Below are positions 41,466-49,252 of a DNA stretch of 64,000 bases, one piece after another. How positions within the stretch are numbered: position 1 is the stretch's first letter; each line of letters opens with the position of its first letter. The position numbers were made by a program, and so were the translations under genes. This DNA is from an uncultured Bordetella sp. (GTDB taxonomy: Bacteria > Pseudomonadota > Gammaproteobacteria > Burkholderiales > Burkholderiaceae_C), in NCBI GenBank assembly GCA_964641795.1, contig CAZXLI010000003.1, positions 4,766 through 68,765 on the forward strand. The letters are read 5' to 3'. Below the pieces are notes generated by a model. The model worked only from the letters and a program-made list of their open reading frames with translations. It made no database searches and was not told where the DNA came from.

Positions 41466-41521
41466 CGCAGTCCGCGGGTCGCAGGTCGCAGGTCCGCAGG
41501 TCGCAGGTCCGCAGGTCGCAG
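41466..41521. repeat. Short tandem repeat of CGCAGGT(C), about 8 units
   Basis: Sequence reads cgcagtc cgcgggt cgcaggt cgcaggtc cgcaggt cgcaggtc cgcaggt cgcag. Confidence 0.85.
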
Positions 41522-41683
41522 CCCAGCGGCAGCCGCGGAACCGGCTCCGCCGGGCCGCCGGCTGCGCCCCCTTGGGGGGTGAGCCCGGACGCAGAAGGTC
41601 CGGGGGACCTTCTGCGCCTGGCGAACGGACGGTCCGCTGGACCGCCCTGGGCCGCAGGCCGCCGCAGGCGCTCCGGGGGGGGG
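41522..41683. repeat. Composite REP-like palindromic element (copy 2) with a perfect 12-bp hairpin
   Basis: 41522-41579 is homologous to the reverse complement of 3383-3441. Hairpins CGCAGAAGGTCC-ggg-GGACCTTCTGCG (41590-41616) and CGGTCC-gct-GGACCG. Confidence 0.72.
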
Positions 41684-43189
41684 CTAAATGTCAAACTGGA
41701 CGCCTTGCGCCAGCGGCAGCGCGCGCGAGTAGTTCACCGTGTTGGTGGTGCGGCGCATGTAGTTGCGCCAGGCGTCCGAGCCCGATTCGCGGCCGCCGCC
41801 GGTTTCCTTCTCGCCGCCGAAGGCCCCGCCGATCTCGGCGCCCGAGGTGCCGATGTTGACGTTGGCGATGCCGCAATCGGAGCCGCGCGCCGACAGGAAG
41901 GTCTCGGCCTCGCGCAGGTCGTTGGTGAAGATCGCCGACGACAAGCCTTGCGGCACCGCGTTCTGCAGCGCGATGGCCTCGTCCAGCGTCTCGTAGCGCA
42001 GCGTGTAGAGGATCGGCGCGAAGGTCTCGTGGCAGACCACCGCGCTCTGCGCCGGCATCTGCGCCAGCGCCGGCGCGACGTAGAAGGCGCCCGGCTGCGC
42101 GGCGGCCAGCACGCGTTCGCCGCCGGCCACCCGGCCGCCCTGCTCGCGCGCCTGCTGCAGCGCCTGCTGCATGCCTTCGAACGCGGCCTGGTCGACCAGC
42201 GGGCCGACCAGCACGCCGGCTTCGCGCGGGTCGCCGATCTTCAGGCTGGCGCGGGCGCGCTCCAGCCGCGCCACCAGCGCGTCATGGATGCTGCTGTGGG
42301 CGATGACGCGGCGCGTGGTGGTGCAGCGCTGGCCGGCGGTGCCCCAGGCCCCGAAGGCGATGCCGCGCACCGCCAGGTCGAGGTCGGCCGACGGCGTGAC
42401 GATGATCGCGTTGTTGCCGCCGAGCTCGAGCAGACAACGCCCAAAGCGAGCGGCCACGCGCGGGCCGACCGCGCGGCCCATGCGGGTGGAACCGGTGGCC
42501 GAGACCAGCGCCACCAGCGGGTGGTCGACCATCGCCTGGCCGGTGGCCGCGCCGCCGTTGAGCACCTGGCTCAGGTGCGCCGGCGCATCGTGGCCGAAGT
42601 GCGCCAACGCGCGCTCGAACAGCGCCTGCGTGGCCAGTGCGGTGAGCGGCGTCTTCTCAGACGGCTTCCAGACCACCGAATTGCCGCACACCAGCGCCAG
42701 CGCGGCATTCCAGGCCCACACCGCGACCGGGAAGTTGAAGGCCGAGATCACGCCGACCACGCCCAGCGGATGCCACTGCTCCATCATGCGGTGGCCGGGG
42801 CGCTCGCTGGCGATCGTCAGGCCGTGCAGCTGGCGCGACAGGCCGACCGCGAAGTCGCAGATGTCGATCATCTCCTGCACTTCGCCCAGGCCTTCGCTGG
42901 TGATCTTGCCGGCCTCCAGCGTCACCAGCGCGGCCAGCTGGCTCTTGTGCGCGCGCAGCTCGGCGCCGAACAGGCGCACCAGCTCGCCGCGGCGCGGCGC
43001 CGGTACCTCGCGCCAGGCAACAAAGGCCTGTTGCGCGTGTTCGATTGCCGCGTTCATCGCCTCGGCGCCGGCATCGGGCACCTGGCCCATCGTGCTGCCG
43101 TCGATCGGCGAACGCGAGGTGATGGGGCCGGCCGCGTAGGCGGCGGGGGCGACGCCGAGCGCGTCGAGCAGGGAAGCAGCAGTGCTCAT
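41684..43189 (-). CDS. Aldehyde dehydrogenase, ALDH7/AmaB type (piperideine-6-carboxylate dehydrogenase)
   Basis: GEVQEMIDICDFAVGLSRQL, SAFNFP, LELGGNNA, GQRCTT, ETFAP, GGRESGSD. Confidence 0.93.
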   Translation of the reverse strand: MSTAASLLDALGVAPAAYAAGPITSRSPIDGSTMGQVPDAGAEAMNAAIEHAQQAFVAWREVPAPRRGELVRLFGAELRAHKSQLAALVTLEAGKITSEGLGEVQEMIDICDFAVGLSRQLHGLTIASERPGHRMMEQWHPLGVVGVISAFNFPVAVWAWNAALALVCGNSVVWKPSEKTPLTALATQALFERALAHFGHDAPAHLSQVLNGGAATGQAMVDHPLVALVSATGSTRMGRAVGPRVAARFGRCLLELGGNNAIIVTPSADLDLAVRGIAFGAWGTAGQRCTTTRRVIAHSSIHDALVARLERARASLKIGDPREAGVLVGPLVDQAAFEGMQQALQQAREQGGRVAGGERVLAAAQPGAFYVAPALAQMPAQSAVVCHETFAPILYTLRYETLDEAIALQNAVPQGLSSAIFTNDLREAETFLSARGSDCGIANVNIGTSGAEIGGAFGGEKETGGGRESGSDAWRNYMRRTTNTVNYSRALPLAQGVQFDI

Positions 43190-43210
43190 GGGGGGGGGCT
43201 CCGGGTCGGG

Positions 43211-44305
43211 TCAGCCAATGCTTTCGACTTGCCGGGACTGCTGGTAAGCCTTGCCGAAGCGGTTGGCCAGGAAGGCCGGCAACTCTACCTGTTCCTGGCG
43301 GATGAAGCCGCTTGCGGGCAGCTTGCCCTCACGGAACAGATCGACTGCGGCGCAGATGCCGGCGGCGGTGGTGATCTGGATCGCCGACAGCGGAGACGTC
43401 TCGCTGCGGTCGGCGAAGATCTTGCGCGCGAACACCTCCTGCACCAGCGAGCCACGGCGCATGCCGCTGACGGTGACGAACACCAGCACCACGTCCTGCA
43501 TCGTCGCCGGCATCGAGCGGCGCATGATGGTCTTCAGCGTCTCCTGGTCGTGCTTGAGCTGCAGGTCTTCCAGCAGCATGCACATCAGCGCGCGGTGGCC
43601 GGGGTAGCGCACGGTCTTGTAGTCGAGGTTGCGCACGCGGCCGGCCAGCGTTTCGCACAGCGTGCCCAGGCCGCCGGAGGTGTTGAAGGCCTCGTACTCG
43701 GTGCCGTCGAGCGAGAAGTGCTCCAGCCCTTCCATCGGCAGCGCGGCGATGTTGCGGCCGTCCTTGATCACCTCGCAGGGGTGGCAGTACTCGTTGATCA
43801 GGCCATCGACCGACCAGGTCAGGTTGTACTTCAGCGCATTGGTCGGGAAGGCCGGCAGTGCGCCGACGCGCATCTTCACGTCGTGCAGCGTGTCGAAGCT
43901 CTTGGCCAGGTGGTGCGCGACGATGCCGATGAAGCCGGGCGCCAGGCCGCACTGCGGCATGAACGCGGTCTTCGCGCCCTCGGCGATGCGCATGATCTCC
44001 TTGGTGGCGGCCACGTCCTCGGTGAGGTCGAAGTAGTGGCAGCCGGCTTCCAGCGCCAGGTGCGCGGCGGTGATGGCCAGGTGATAGGGCAGGGCGTTGA
44101 CCACCGCGTCCTGCCCGCGCAGCACCGCGGCGAGCGCAGCTTTGTCCTCGGTGTCCACCGCCTGCGTCGTGATGCCGCGGCCCTGGATGCGCGAGAGGGC
44201 TTGCGCGCTCTTGTCGACCACGGTGACCTGGTAGTCGCCGGAGTCACCCAGCAGCTGGGCGATGGTTTGTCCGATGTGGCCGGCGCCGAGCAGGGCGATG
44301 CGCAT
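43211..44305 (-). CDS. Saccharopine dehydrogenase family protein (lysine 6-dehydrogenase-like)
   Basis: GAGHIG Rossmann motif, HYFDLTED, CGLAPG, TWSVDGLINEY, YKTVRYPGH. Confidence 0.9.
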   Translation of the reverse strand: MRIALLGAGHIGQTIAQLLGDSGDYQVTVVDKSAQALSRIQGRGITTQAVDTEDKAALAAVLRGQDAVVNALPYHLAITAAHLALEAGCHYFDLTEDVAATKEIMRIAEGAKTAFMPQCGLAPGFIGIVAHHLAKSFDTLHDVKMRVGALPAFPTNALKYNLTWSVDGLINEYCHPCEVIKDGRNIAALPMEGLEHFSLDGTEYEAFNTSGGLGTLCETLAGRVRNLDYKTVRYPGHRALMCMLLEDLQLKHDQETLKTIMRRSMPATMQDVVLVFVTVSGMRRGSLVQEVFARKIFADRSETSPLSAIQITTAAGICAAVDLFREGKLPASGFIRQEQVELPAFLANRFGKAYQQSRQVESIG

Positions 44306-44371
44306 GGGGAGGCTCCAGAGGGGAAGGGTGGCAGGGAGAACAGCGTTGGCCGGCAGTCTAGGCAGGGGGGA

Positions 44372-44427
44372 TGACGAAAGAAAGCACGAGTTCGTCGAAA
44401 GAGTTCAGAATCCTGACGATTCGTCAG
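44372..44427. promoter_or_regulatory. Operator candidates for the divergent Lrp/lysine-catabolism pair
   Basis: Perfect palindrome CTGACGA-T-TCGTCAG (44413-44427) and a second GACGAA...TTCGTC pair (44373-44396). Confidence 0.55.
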
Positions 44428-44441
44428 CCAGGATCGCCGCA

Positions 44442-44879
44442 ATGGCCAAAGACCAGACCGACCGTGACCTGATCACGCTGCTGCAGGCGAATGCCCGCGA
44501 GAGCACCGCGAACCTGGCGCGCAAGCTCGGCATTGCGCGCACCACCGTCGTCGCGCGGCTGGCGCGGCTGGAGCGCGAGGGCGTGATCGTCGGCTACACC
44601 GTGCGGCTGGGGCTCGATGACGAGCGCCCGCGCGTGCAGGCCTACGTCGGCATCACGCTGAGCCCGAAGTCCAGCCGCGACGTGATCCGCAAGCTGCAGA
44701 AGATTCCGGAGCTGTCGCAGCTGAGCTCGGTCAGTGGCGAGTTCGACTACATCGCGATGCTGCGCGCCGACACCACCGCGCGGCTCGACCAGCTGCTCGA
44801 CGAGATCGGCGAGATCGACGGCGTGCTGAAGACCACCACCTCGGTGGTCCTCGCCGTGCGCATCGATCGCAATGCCTGA
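44442..44879 (+). CDS. Lrp/AsnC family regulator
   Basis: DRDLITLLQANAR, RLEREGVIVGY, VSGEFDY. Confidence 0.93.
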   Translation: MAKDQTDRDLITLLQANARESTANLARKLGIARTTVVARLARLEREGVIVGYTVRLGLDDERPRVQAYVGITLSPKSSRDVIRKLQKIPELSQLSSVSGEFDYIAMLRADTTARLDQLLDEIGEIDGVLKTTTSVVLAVRIDRNA

Positions 44880-44930
44880 ACCGACGCCACATCGGCACAA
44901 TCGGCGCGGTCCTTGCATCGAGTGCCCTGT

Positions 44931-45788
44931 ATGCTGATCACCATCGCCCCCGGCGTCCGCCTGTTCGTCGACATCGAAGGCCCGGGCCTGGTGCCTGACG
45001 GGCCGCGGCTGCGTGAGAAGCCCACGCTGGTGCTGCTGCACGGCGGCCCGGGCTACGACCATTCGGGCTTCAAGCCGGCGTTCTCGCGCCTGGCGGACAT
45101 CGCGCAGATCGTCTACTACGACCACCGCGGCCACGGCCGCAGCGACCGACGCCCGCCCGAGGAATGGACGCTGGACACCTTTGCCGACGACGTGGTGCGG
45201 CTGTGCGACGCGCTGGGCATCGTCAAGCCCATCGTGCTGGGCCAATCGTTCGGCGGCTTCGTTGCCCAGCGCTACATCGCGCGGCATCCGGCGCATCCGG
45301 CCAAGGTGATCCTGTCGAGCACTTCGCCGCACATGGCGCTCGAGCGCAAGCTGGCGATGTTCGAGAAGCTCGGCGGGCCCGAGGCCCGGCGCGTGGCGCA
45401 AGCGTTCTGGACCGCGCCGAACGAGGCCACCTGGGCCGAGTACAACCGCGTCTGCAAGCGCCACTACAACACGGTGCAGCCCGCGAATGACGATGGCCTT
45501 CGGCGCATCGTCTTCAACGAGCCGATCCTCTTCGCCTCGGCGGGCGGCGAGCAGCAGACGATGAACCTGCTGCCCGGCCTGGCGCGCGCGCAATGCCCGG
45601 TGCTGGTGATGGCCGGGATGCAGGACCCGGTGTGCCCGATCGACGATGCGAAGGACATCGCGGCCGCGCTGCCGCCGCATCGGGTGCGCTTTTCGGCCTT
45701 CGCGAACTCGGGCCACGGCGCCTGGCGCGACGAGCCCGAGGCGGCGTTCGCGCTGCTGCGCGACTTCATCCTCACGCCGTCGGACTGA
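44931..45788 (+). CDS. Alpha/beta hydrolase (proline iminopeptidase-like)
   Basis: LHGGPG, D.RG.GRS, GQSFGG nucleophile elbow, SGH. Confidence 0.88.
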   Translation: MLITIAPGVRLFVDIEGPGLVPDGPRLREKPTLVLLHGGPGYDHSGFKPAFSRLADIAQIVYYDHRGHGRSDRRPPEEWTLDTFADDVVRLCDALGIVKPIVLGQSFGGFVAQRYIARHPAHPAKVILSSTSPHMALERKLAMFEKLGGPEARRVAQAFWTAPNEATWAEYNRVCKRHYNTVQPANDDGLRRIVFNEPILFASAGGEQQTMNLLPGLARAQCPVLVMAGMQDPVCPIDDAKDIAAALPPHRVRFSAFANSGHGAWRDEPEAAFALLRDFILTPSD

Positions 45789-45812
45789 CACCGCCCGCGG
45801 GCCGAGCCGGAC

Positions 45813-48683
45813 ATGTCGAGCGCGCCCTCCGTCCTGCTGCTGACCGATGTGGTCGACAGCACGGCGCTGGGCGAGCAACTGGGTCTGGACGCGGCCGGCC
45901 GGCTGTGGGCCGCGCACGACCATGCCGCACGCGACCTGCTGCGCCAGTGGCGTGGCCGCGAGATCGACAAGAGCGACGGGTTCCTGCTGCTGTTCGGCAC
46001 CGTGGCCGACGCGGTGGGCTATGCACAGGCCTATCACCGCCTGCTGGGCGAACTGCAACCGCCGCTGCGTGCGCGGGTGGGCATCCACTGCGGCCCGGTG
46101 CTGCTGCGCGACAACCCGCCGCAGGACGTGGCGCTGGGCGCCAAGCCGGTGGAGGTGGAAGGCAGCGCCAAGCCGCTGGCCGCGCGCGTGATGGCGCTGG
46201 CATTGGGCGGCCAGACCTTGCTGAGTGCCGACGCGCAGGCGGCGCTCGGCACGCCCGCGCCGCCGCTGCGGCTGCAAAGCCATGGCCACTGGCGCCTGAA
46301 AGGGCTGCAGGCGCCGGTGGAGCTGTTCGAGGTCGGCGACGAGCACGCGCCGTTCACGCCGCCGCCGGACGCGGCCAAGGCCTGGCGCGTGTTGCCGCAG
46401 GGCGAGTTATGGCTGCCGCGGCGCGAGCTGCGCCACAGCCTGCCGGCCGAGCGCGACAGCTTCGTCGGCCGCGCGCCGGCGCTGCACGAACTGGCGCAGC
46501 GCTTCGAAGCCGGCGCGCGGCTGGTGTCGCTGCTGGGCATCGGCGGCGCGGGCAAGACGCGGCTCGCCCAACGCTTCGGCTGGACCTGGCTCGGTGACTT
46601 TCCGGGCGGCGTGTGGTTCTGCGACCTCTCGCAGGCCACCAGCCTCGATGGCGTGGTGCATGCCACGGCCCAGGGCCTGGAGCTGCCGCTGGGGCCGGCC
46701 GACCCGGTGCAGCAGATCGGCCAGGCCATCGCCGGCCGTGGCGGATGCCTGGTGATCCTGGACAACTTCGAGCAGGTGGCGCGCCATGCCGAGGCCACGC
46801 TCGGCCGCTGGCTCGACCGCGCACCCGAGGCGCGCTTCCTGGTCACCTCGCGCGAGGTGCTGGGGATCGTCGGCGAGCAGGTGCTGGCCCTGCCGCCGCT
46901 GCCGCCGGCCGACAGCGTGGCGCTGTTCATGCAGCGCGCGCTGGCGGCCACGCAGGACTTCGCGCCGTCGCCGCAGGAGCAGCAGGCCATCGAGCCGCTG
47001 GTGCAGCTGCTCGACGGCCTGCCGCTGGCGGTGGAACTGTGCGCCGCGCGCGTGCGCGTGCTGCCGCCCAGCGCGCTGCTGCAGCGCATGAGCGAACGCT
47101 TCAAGCTGCTCACCTCCAGCGGCGGCCGCCGCGACCGCCAGGCCACGCTGCGCGCCACGCTCGACTGGTCCTGGGACCTGCTGAGCGAGCCCGAGCGCTC
47201 GGCGCTGGCGCAGCTGTCGGTGTTCGAAGGCGGCTTCACGCTGGAGGCCGCCGAGGCGGTGATCGACTTGTCGGCATTCGATGATCCGCCGTGGGTGGTG
47301 GACGTGGTGCAGGCGCTGGTGCAGAAGTCGCTAGTGCGGAAAGTGAGCGACAGGCGGTTCGATCTGTTGACGGCAGTCCAGGAATTCGCGAGGGGGTGCT
47401 TGCCGAGTGTTGGGGCGACGTCCGACGAGCAGGCCGGCCTTGTGATGCGCCATGCGCACTACTTTGCCGCGCAGGACGAAAGCGTCGCGGTAGGGCCGCA
47501 GTGCGTCGACCTGGAGAACGTCGTGGCGGCGTGCCGGCGTGCCATTGCGTCAAGCTCCGCGGAACTGCTGGCCTTGCTGGCCGCCCGTGCCTGGGCGGGC
47601 CTTCGGACCACGGGTCCGCTGAATGTCGCTTTGGCGATCGCCCGGTCGTCATCGGATGCGTTGCCTCCGGACCATCCGGACCAGGGCTGGGTCCACTGGA
47701 TAGCCGCCGCTGCGCATGTTGCGCTTGGGGATGCGGCATCGGCAGAACGCCACATCGAGCGGGCCCACGCCGTGGGGCGCGGGTCCGTGCTGGCGCGGCT
47801 ATGGTTGGTCCGCGGCGAGGCACGCTCGATGCTGGGCCATTCGGAAGACGCCCGCCGGCACTTGAACCTGGCACGCGAGGCCTTCTTGGCGCGCGGAGAC
47901 CTGCGCTTCGCTTCGCGCGCATTGAACGCGCTGGGGGCGCTCGATGCCGAGGAGGCTCAGTGGGCGGCCGCCAAGCAGCACTATGAGCAGGCCGCCGAGT
48001 TGGCCGAACGTGTCGCCGATCCTCGGGAAATGGCGGGCCTGCTGGGCAACTTGGGCAGTGTCGACCATGCCATCGGAGATCTGGCGGGGGCCCGGGGCAG
48101 GTACCGGCTCGCGCTCGATCTGGCCAGGCAGACGGGGCATCGGCGTTGGGAGGCCAACATCCGATCGAACCTTGGTCTATTAGACCTCCAGTGCGGTTGC
48201 ATCGCGGATGCGACCGTGCATTTCGAGGCAGCCCTTGCGATGGCACGTGCAATGGGCGCGGTGATGCTGGAGTGCACGGTGTTGTGCAACCTGGGTCTGG
48301 TCGCGGACGGCGCGTCGCGACTCGGCGAGGCCGTTGCGCGCTATCGCGAAGCTCTGGCCATTGCCGATCCATTGAACCAGCCCCGGCTGCGGGCATCGGT
48401 GGCCGGCTACCTGGCCGTCGCCCTGGCGCGCCTTGGCGAGTTTGCGCAGGCGCAGGCGCTGCTGGAAGACGCGCGGTCGGCACTTCTTGCGCTCGCCGAC
48501 CGGCTGGCCTTGGGCTTGCTAACGTGCCAGCAGGCGCGCGTTCAGTGGCTGGCAGGTCTGCATCAAGACGCCCGGCAGAACCTGGCGCTGGCGCGGCAGA
48601 TCATGCACAACCTGGATCTGCGATCTGACTCCGAACTGGGCGCTGCGATCCAGGCGCTCGACGCGGAATTCACCCTCGATTGA
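45813..48683 (+). CDS. Class III nucleotide-cyclase-like domain, STAND/NB-ARC-type ATPase and TPR protein
   Basis: TDVVDST, DKSDG, RVGIHCG, LAARV. Then FVGR, GIGGAGKT (Walker A), LVILDNFE (Walker B), TSRE, LDGLPLAVEL, and NLG-containing TPRs. Confidence 0.88.
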   Translation: MSSAPSVLLLTDVVDSTALGEQLGLDAAGRLWAAHDHAARDLLRQWRGREIDKSDGFLLLFGTVADAVGYAQAYHRLLGELQPPLRARVGIHCGPVLLRDNPPQDVALGAKPVEVEGSAKPLAARVMALALGGQTLLSADAQAALGTPAPPLRLQSHGHWRLKGLQAPVELFEVGDEHAPFTPPPDAAKAWRVLPQGELWLPRRELRHSLPAERDSFVGRAPALHELAQRFEAGARLVSLLGIGGAGKTRLAQRFGWTWLGDFPGGVWFCDLSQATSLDGVVHATAQGLELPLGPADPVQQIGQAIAGRGGCLVILDNFEQVARHAEATLGRWLDRAPEARFLVTSREVLGIVGEQVLALPPLPPADSVALFMQRALAATQDFAPSPQEQQAIEPLVQLLDGLPLAVELCAARVRVLPPSALLQRMSERFKLLTSSGGRRDRQATLRATLDWSWDLLSEPERSALAQLSVFEGGFTLEAAEAVIDLSAFDDPPWVVDVVQALVQKSLVRKVSDRRFDLLTAVQEFARGCLPSVGATSDEQAGLVMRHAHYFAAQDESVAVGPQCVDLENVVAACRRAIASSSAELLALLAARAWAGLRTTGPLNVALAIARSSSDALPPDHPDQGWVHWIAAAAHVALGDAASAERHIERAHAVGRGSVLARLWLVRGEARSMLGHSEDARRHLNLAREAFLARGDLRFASRALNALGALDAEEAQWAAAKQHYEQAAELAERVADPREMAGLLGNLGSVDHAIGDLAGARGRYRLALDLARQTGHRRWEANIRSNLGLLDLQCGCIADATVHFEAALAMARAMGAVMLECTVLCNLGLVADGASRLGEAVARYREALAIADPLNQPRLRASVAGYLAVALARLGEFAQAQALLEDARSALLALADRLALGLLTCQQARVQWLAGLHQDARQNLALARQIMHNLDLRSDSELGAAIQALDAEFTLD

Positions 48684-49200
48684 TGATGATCGGATCGAAG
48701 GTATCGCACACGCCATTGCTGTTCTTGACATTGACGTCGTAGGCGAACACGCGAAACTTCGCGTTGGTGCTTTTCCACTTGAATTCCTGACCGGCTGACG
48801 CCGTTATCGGAACGATGTCCAGTCGGTCGAGCGCGGCACGACGCACCTTGATGCCGCGGACGGTGAACTCGGTGCCAGCGGTCGAGTTGTCCAGCTGCCA
48901 CTTGATCGTGATGTTCGGGTCGAAGACGACGACCACCTGCGGCAGGATGAAGCTGCAGGTCTCGCCGCTCGTATCGGACGAGTCCACTGTCACCGTCACC
49001 TTGATCAGGCATTCGGAACCGGCACCCTTGCACTCGACGTAGCTCATGCCCGGCTGAATGATGCCGCCCCATGCCGAGTAGCCGGCCGAGAAGGTTGACC
49101 TGCTTTGCGATTGCGACGATGGACTCTGCTGGGCCGAAGCCGCGCCAGCGGCGACGAGCACAGCGCAGGCGCTGCAGATGGCTTTCAATGGCACTTGCAT
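48670..49200 (-). CDS. Small secreted Cys-containing beta-rich hypothetical protein
   Basis: Signal peptide (AAGAASA-Q), four Cys in the mature part, C-terminal 'CDTFDPIIINRG'. RBS GGAGG upstream. Confidence 0.75.
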   Translation of the reverse strand: MQVPLKAICSACAVLVAAGAASAQQSPSSQSQSRSTFSAGYSAWGGIIQPGMSYVECKGAGSECLIKVTVTVDSSDTSGETCSFILPQVVVVFDPNITIKWQLDNSTAGTEFTVRGIKVRRAALDRLDIVPITASAGQEFKWKSTNAKFRVFAYDVNVKNSNGVCDTFDPIIINRG

Positions 49201-49252
49201 GAGTGGCGACCTCCTCTGTCGCGAACGGGGGAAAAGCCCTTGGATGAACTCG

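Noticed and set aside
41466-41521. Possible CRISPR array
   Set aside because: Units are 7-8 nt and directly adjacent, with no unique spacers.
41026-41859. ORFs spanning the retron upstream region (41026-41694 minus, 41392-41859 plus) as the missing effector
   Set aside because: They translate the tandem repeat and palindromes (CDLRTCDLRT, SQVAGPQVAG), overlap real genes and look non-coding.
43189-43198. G homopolymer as a phase-variation tract
   Set aside because: Short, intergenic and unremarkable in a high-GC genome. No frame is affected.
41324-44374. Very long alternative-frame ORFs (e.g. 41324-44374 +, 13539-16034 +, 23775-26168 +, 5137-7212 -)
   Set aside because: Antisense or shadow frames of well-supported genes, typical of high-GC DNA, with Arg/Ala/Gly-rich nonsense translations.
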